DNA of 62,786 nt, the filler included, from Psammoneis japonica (taxonomy: Eukaryota), in assembly GCA_008632985.1 (NCBI GenBank). It is 4 parts of 4 records of this genome, joined end to end, with 100 filler letters (N's around TTAATTAATTAA, not from the genome) between each part and the next. Parts side by side here need not be neighbours in the genome. Positions count along the whole stretch, not along the records: positions 61,215 to 62,786 come from QPGO01000393.1; 3 more parts are not named here. The stretch is one strand, 5' to 3'. The notes below the pieces were generated by a model. That model was given only the letters and a program-made list of their open reading frames with translations, made no database searches and had not been told where the DNA came from. This document shows, in pieces, positions 61,215 to 62,786 of this stretch; the first letter of the stretch is position 1; each line of letters starts with the position of its first letter. The position numbers were made by a program, and so were the translations under genes.

Positions 61215-62786
61215 CCTCGAAGATCCACGTTTCATCCAAATCAAGCTTTCCGTCATTGTCTGAATCTCCCGAAACCAGGTTGGTGATCGCACCCCTTACG
61301 CTGTCTTCTACCGTAACGTTTGACAGTTCAAAGTTGCCTCCATTGGTCACTGTGTATTTCCACGTGACGTTCTTTCCCTTATCGATGTCCAATCCATCGT
61401 AGCCATTGGTCACTGTGTCAATCAAGATCGATGCATTCACGCCAAAGTAAGACGTGGGGTCCGTTGCATTCACAGGCTGACCGTTGGACAGGGGCCGACG
61501 TCGATCCAGTGTTGTTGTACACTCCCTCATCGGCCGTAGCCTCGTACACCCAGTTTCGGTCGGATCCAAGTTTCCGTCCCCGTTTGAATCGCCACGGAGG
61601 AGGTTGGTAACCGGTCCTCCCTCGCTGTCCCGTACCGTGATATTGGTGAGAGGCTCGTTGCCCAGGTTTTTGACGGTATAAGTCCAGGTGACGGGTTCTC
61701 CCACATTGATGTTAGGCCCGTCTTGGCCGTTAGTGACTGTGTCAATGCCGATGGACGCGTTCACGCCGTAATAAGATGTGGGGTCGGAATCGTCAACCTT
61801 CTTTCCATTCGCTGTAGCCTCGGTCGATCCGGTGTTGTTGTAGACACCGACTTGTGCGATATCCGTAGTCCTCGAAGATCCACGTTTCATCCAAATCAAG
61901 CTTTCCGTCATTGTGAATCTCCCGAAAAGGTTGGTGATCGCACCCTTACGCTGTCTTCTACCGTAACGTTTGACAGTTCAAAGTTGCCTCCATTGGTCAC
62001 TGTGTACTTCCACGTGACGTTCTTTCCCTTATCGATGTCCAATCCATCTAGCCATTGGTCACTNGTGTCAATCAAGATCGATGCATTCACGCCAAAGTAA
62101 GACGTGGGGTCCGTTGCATTCACAGGCTGACCGTTGGACAGGGCCGACGTCGATCCAGTGTTGTTGTACACTCCCTCATCGGCGGTCCGTACTTCGTACC
62201 CAAGTTTCGGTCGGATCCAAGTTTCCGTCCCCGTTTGAATCGCCACGGAGGAGGTTGGTAACCGGTCCTCCTCGCTGTCCCGTACCGTGATATTGGTGAG
62301 AGGCTCGTTTGCCCAGGTTTTTGACGGTATAAGTCCAGGTGACGGGTTCTCCCACATTGATGTTAGGCCCGTCTTGGCCGTTAGTGACTGTGTCAATGCC
62401 GATGGACGCGTTCACGCCGTAATAAGATGTGGGGTCGGAATCGTCAACCTTCTTTCCATTCGCTGTAGCCTCGGTCGATCCGGTGTTATTGTAGACGCCG
62501 ACTTGTGCGATCCGTAGTCCTCGAAGATCCACGTTTCATCCAAATCAAGCTTTCCGTCATTGTCTGAATCTCCCGAAACCAGGTTGGTGATCGCACCCCT
62601 TACGCTGTCTTCTACGGTAACGTTTGACAGTTCAAAGTTGCCTCCATTTCACTGTGTATTTTCCACGTGACGTTCTTTCCCTTATCGATGTCCAATCCAT
62701 CGTAGCCATTGGTCACTGTGTCAATCAAGATCGATGCATTCACGCCAAAGTAAGACGTGGGGTCCGTTGCATTCACAGGCTGACCG
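61215..62786 (-). CDS. Repetitive surface/secreted protein with DUF7507/DUF11-like Ig-type repeats (partial, frameshifted)
   Basis: GEPVTWTYTVKNLGNEPLTNITVRD, GKNVTWKYTVTNGGNFELSNVTVED and GDSNGDGNLDPTETW. Nucleotide unit of ~650 bp restarts at 61215, 61870 and 62519. Confidence 0.7.

Overview
Eukaryotic nuclear DNA, most likely a diatom scaffold. The evidence is compact genes with ~70-100 bp GT-AG introns, bipartite plastid-targeting N-termini and CoDi-like Copia elements; three N-gaps carry a TTAATTAATTAA linker. Islands of normal host genes (cupin, SLC4, DUF1475, SulP/SLC26, RMD1/DUF155, tRNA-Ala, mitochondrial carrier, MORN, ankyrin-TPR, DUF1295, PsbP-like) alternate with blocks of transposons and duplicated gene copies. 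These include Copia ends, a PIF/Harbinger-like element, a structurally complete Ngaro/PAT-type tyrosine-recombinase retrotransposon, two non-LTR remnants, and eEF2-like, DUF4336, DUF819, DUF1295 and aminotransferase-like pseudogenes. The most striking signal is that these blocks are almost stripped of the TpA dinucleotide, with runs of over 1 kb containing none. Paired copies inside the window and conserved protein motifs show directional TpA->TpG and TpA->CpA changes (A->G on either strand, Tyr->Cys/His), partly independent of CpG decay. This looks like a RIP-like, repeat-targeted adenine hypermutation system. The mechanism is inference and no responsible enzyme gene is visible here. All family calls come from motif recognition by eye, not from database searches.
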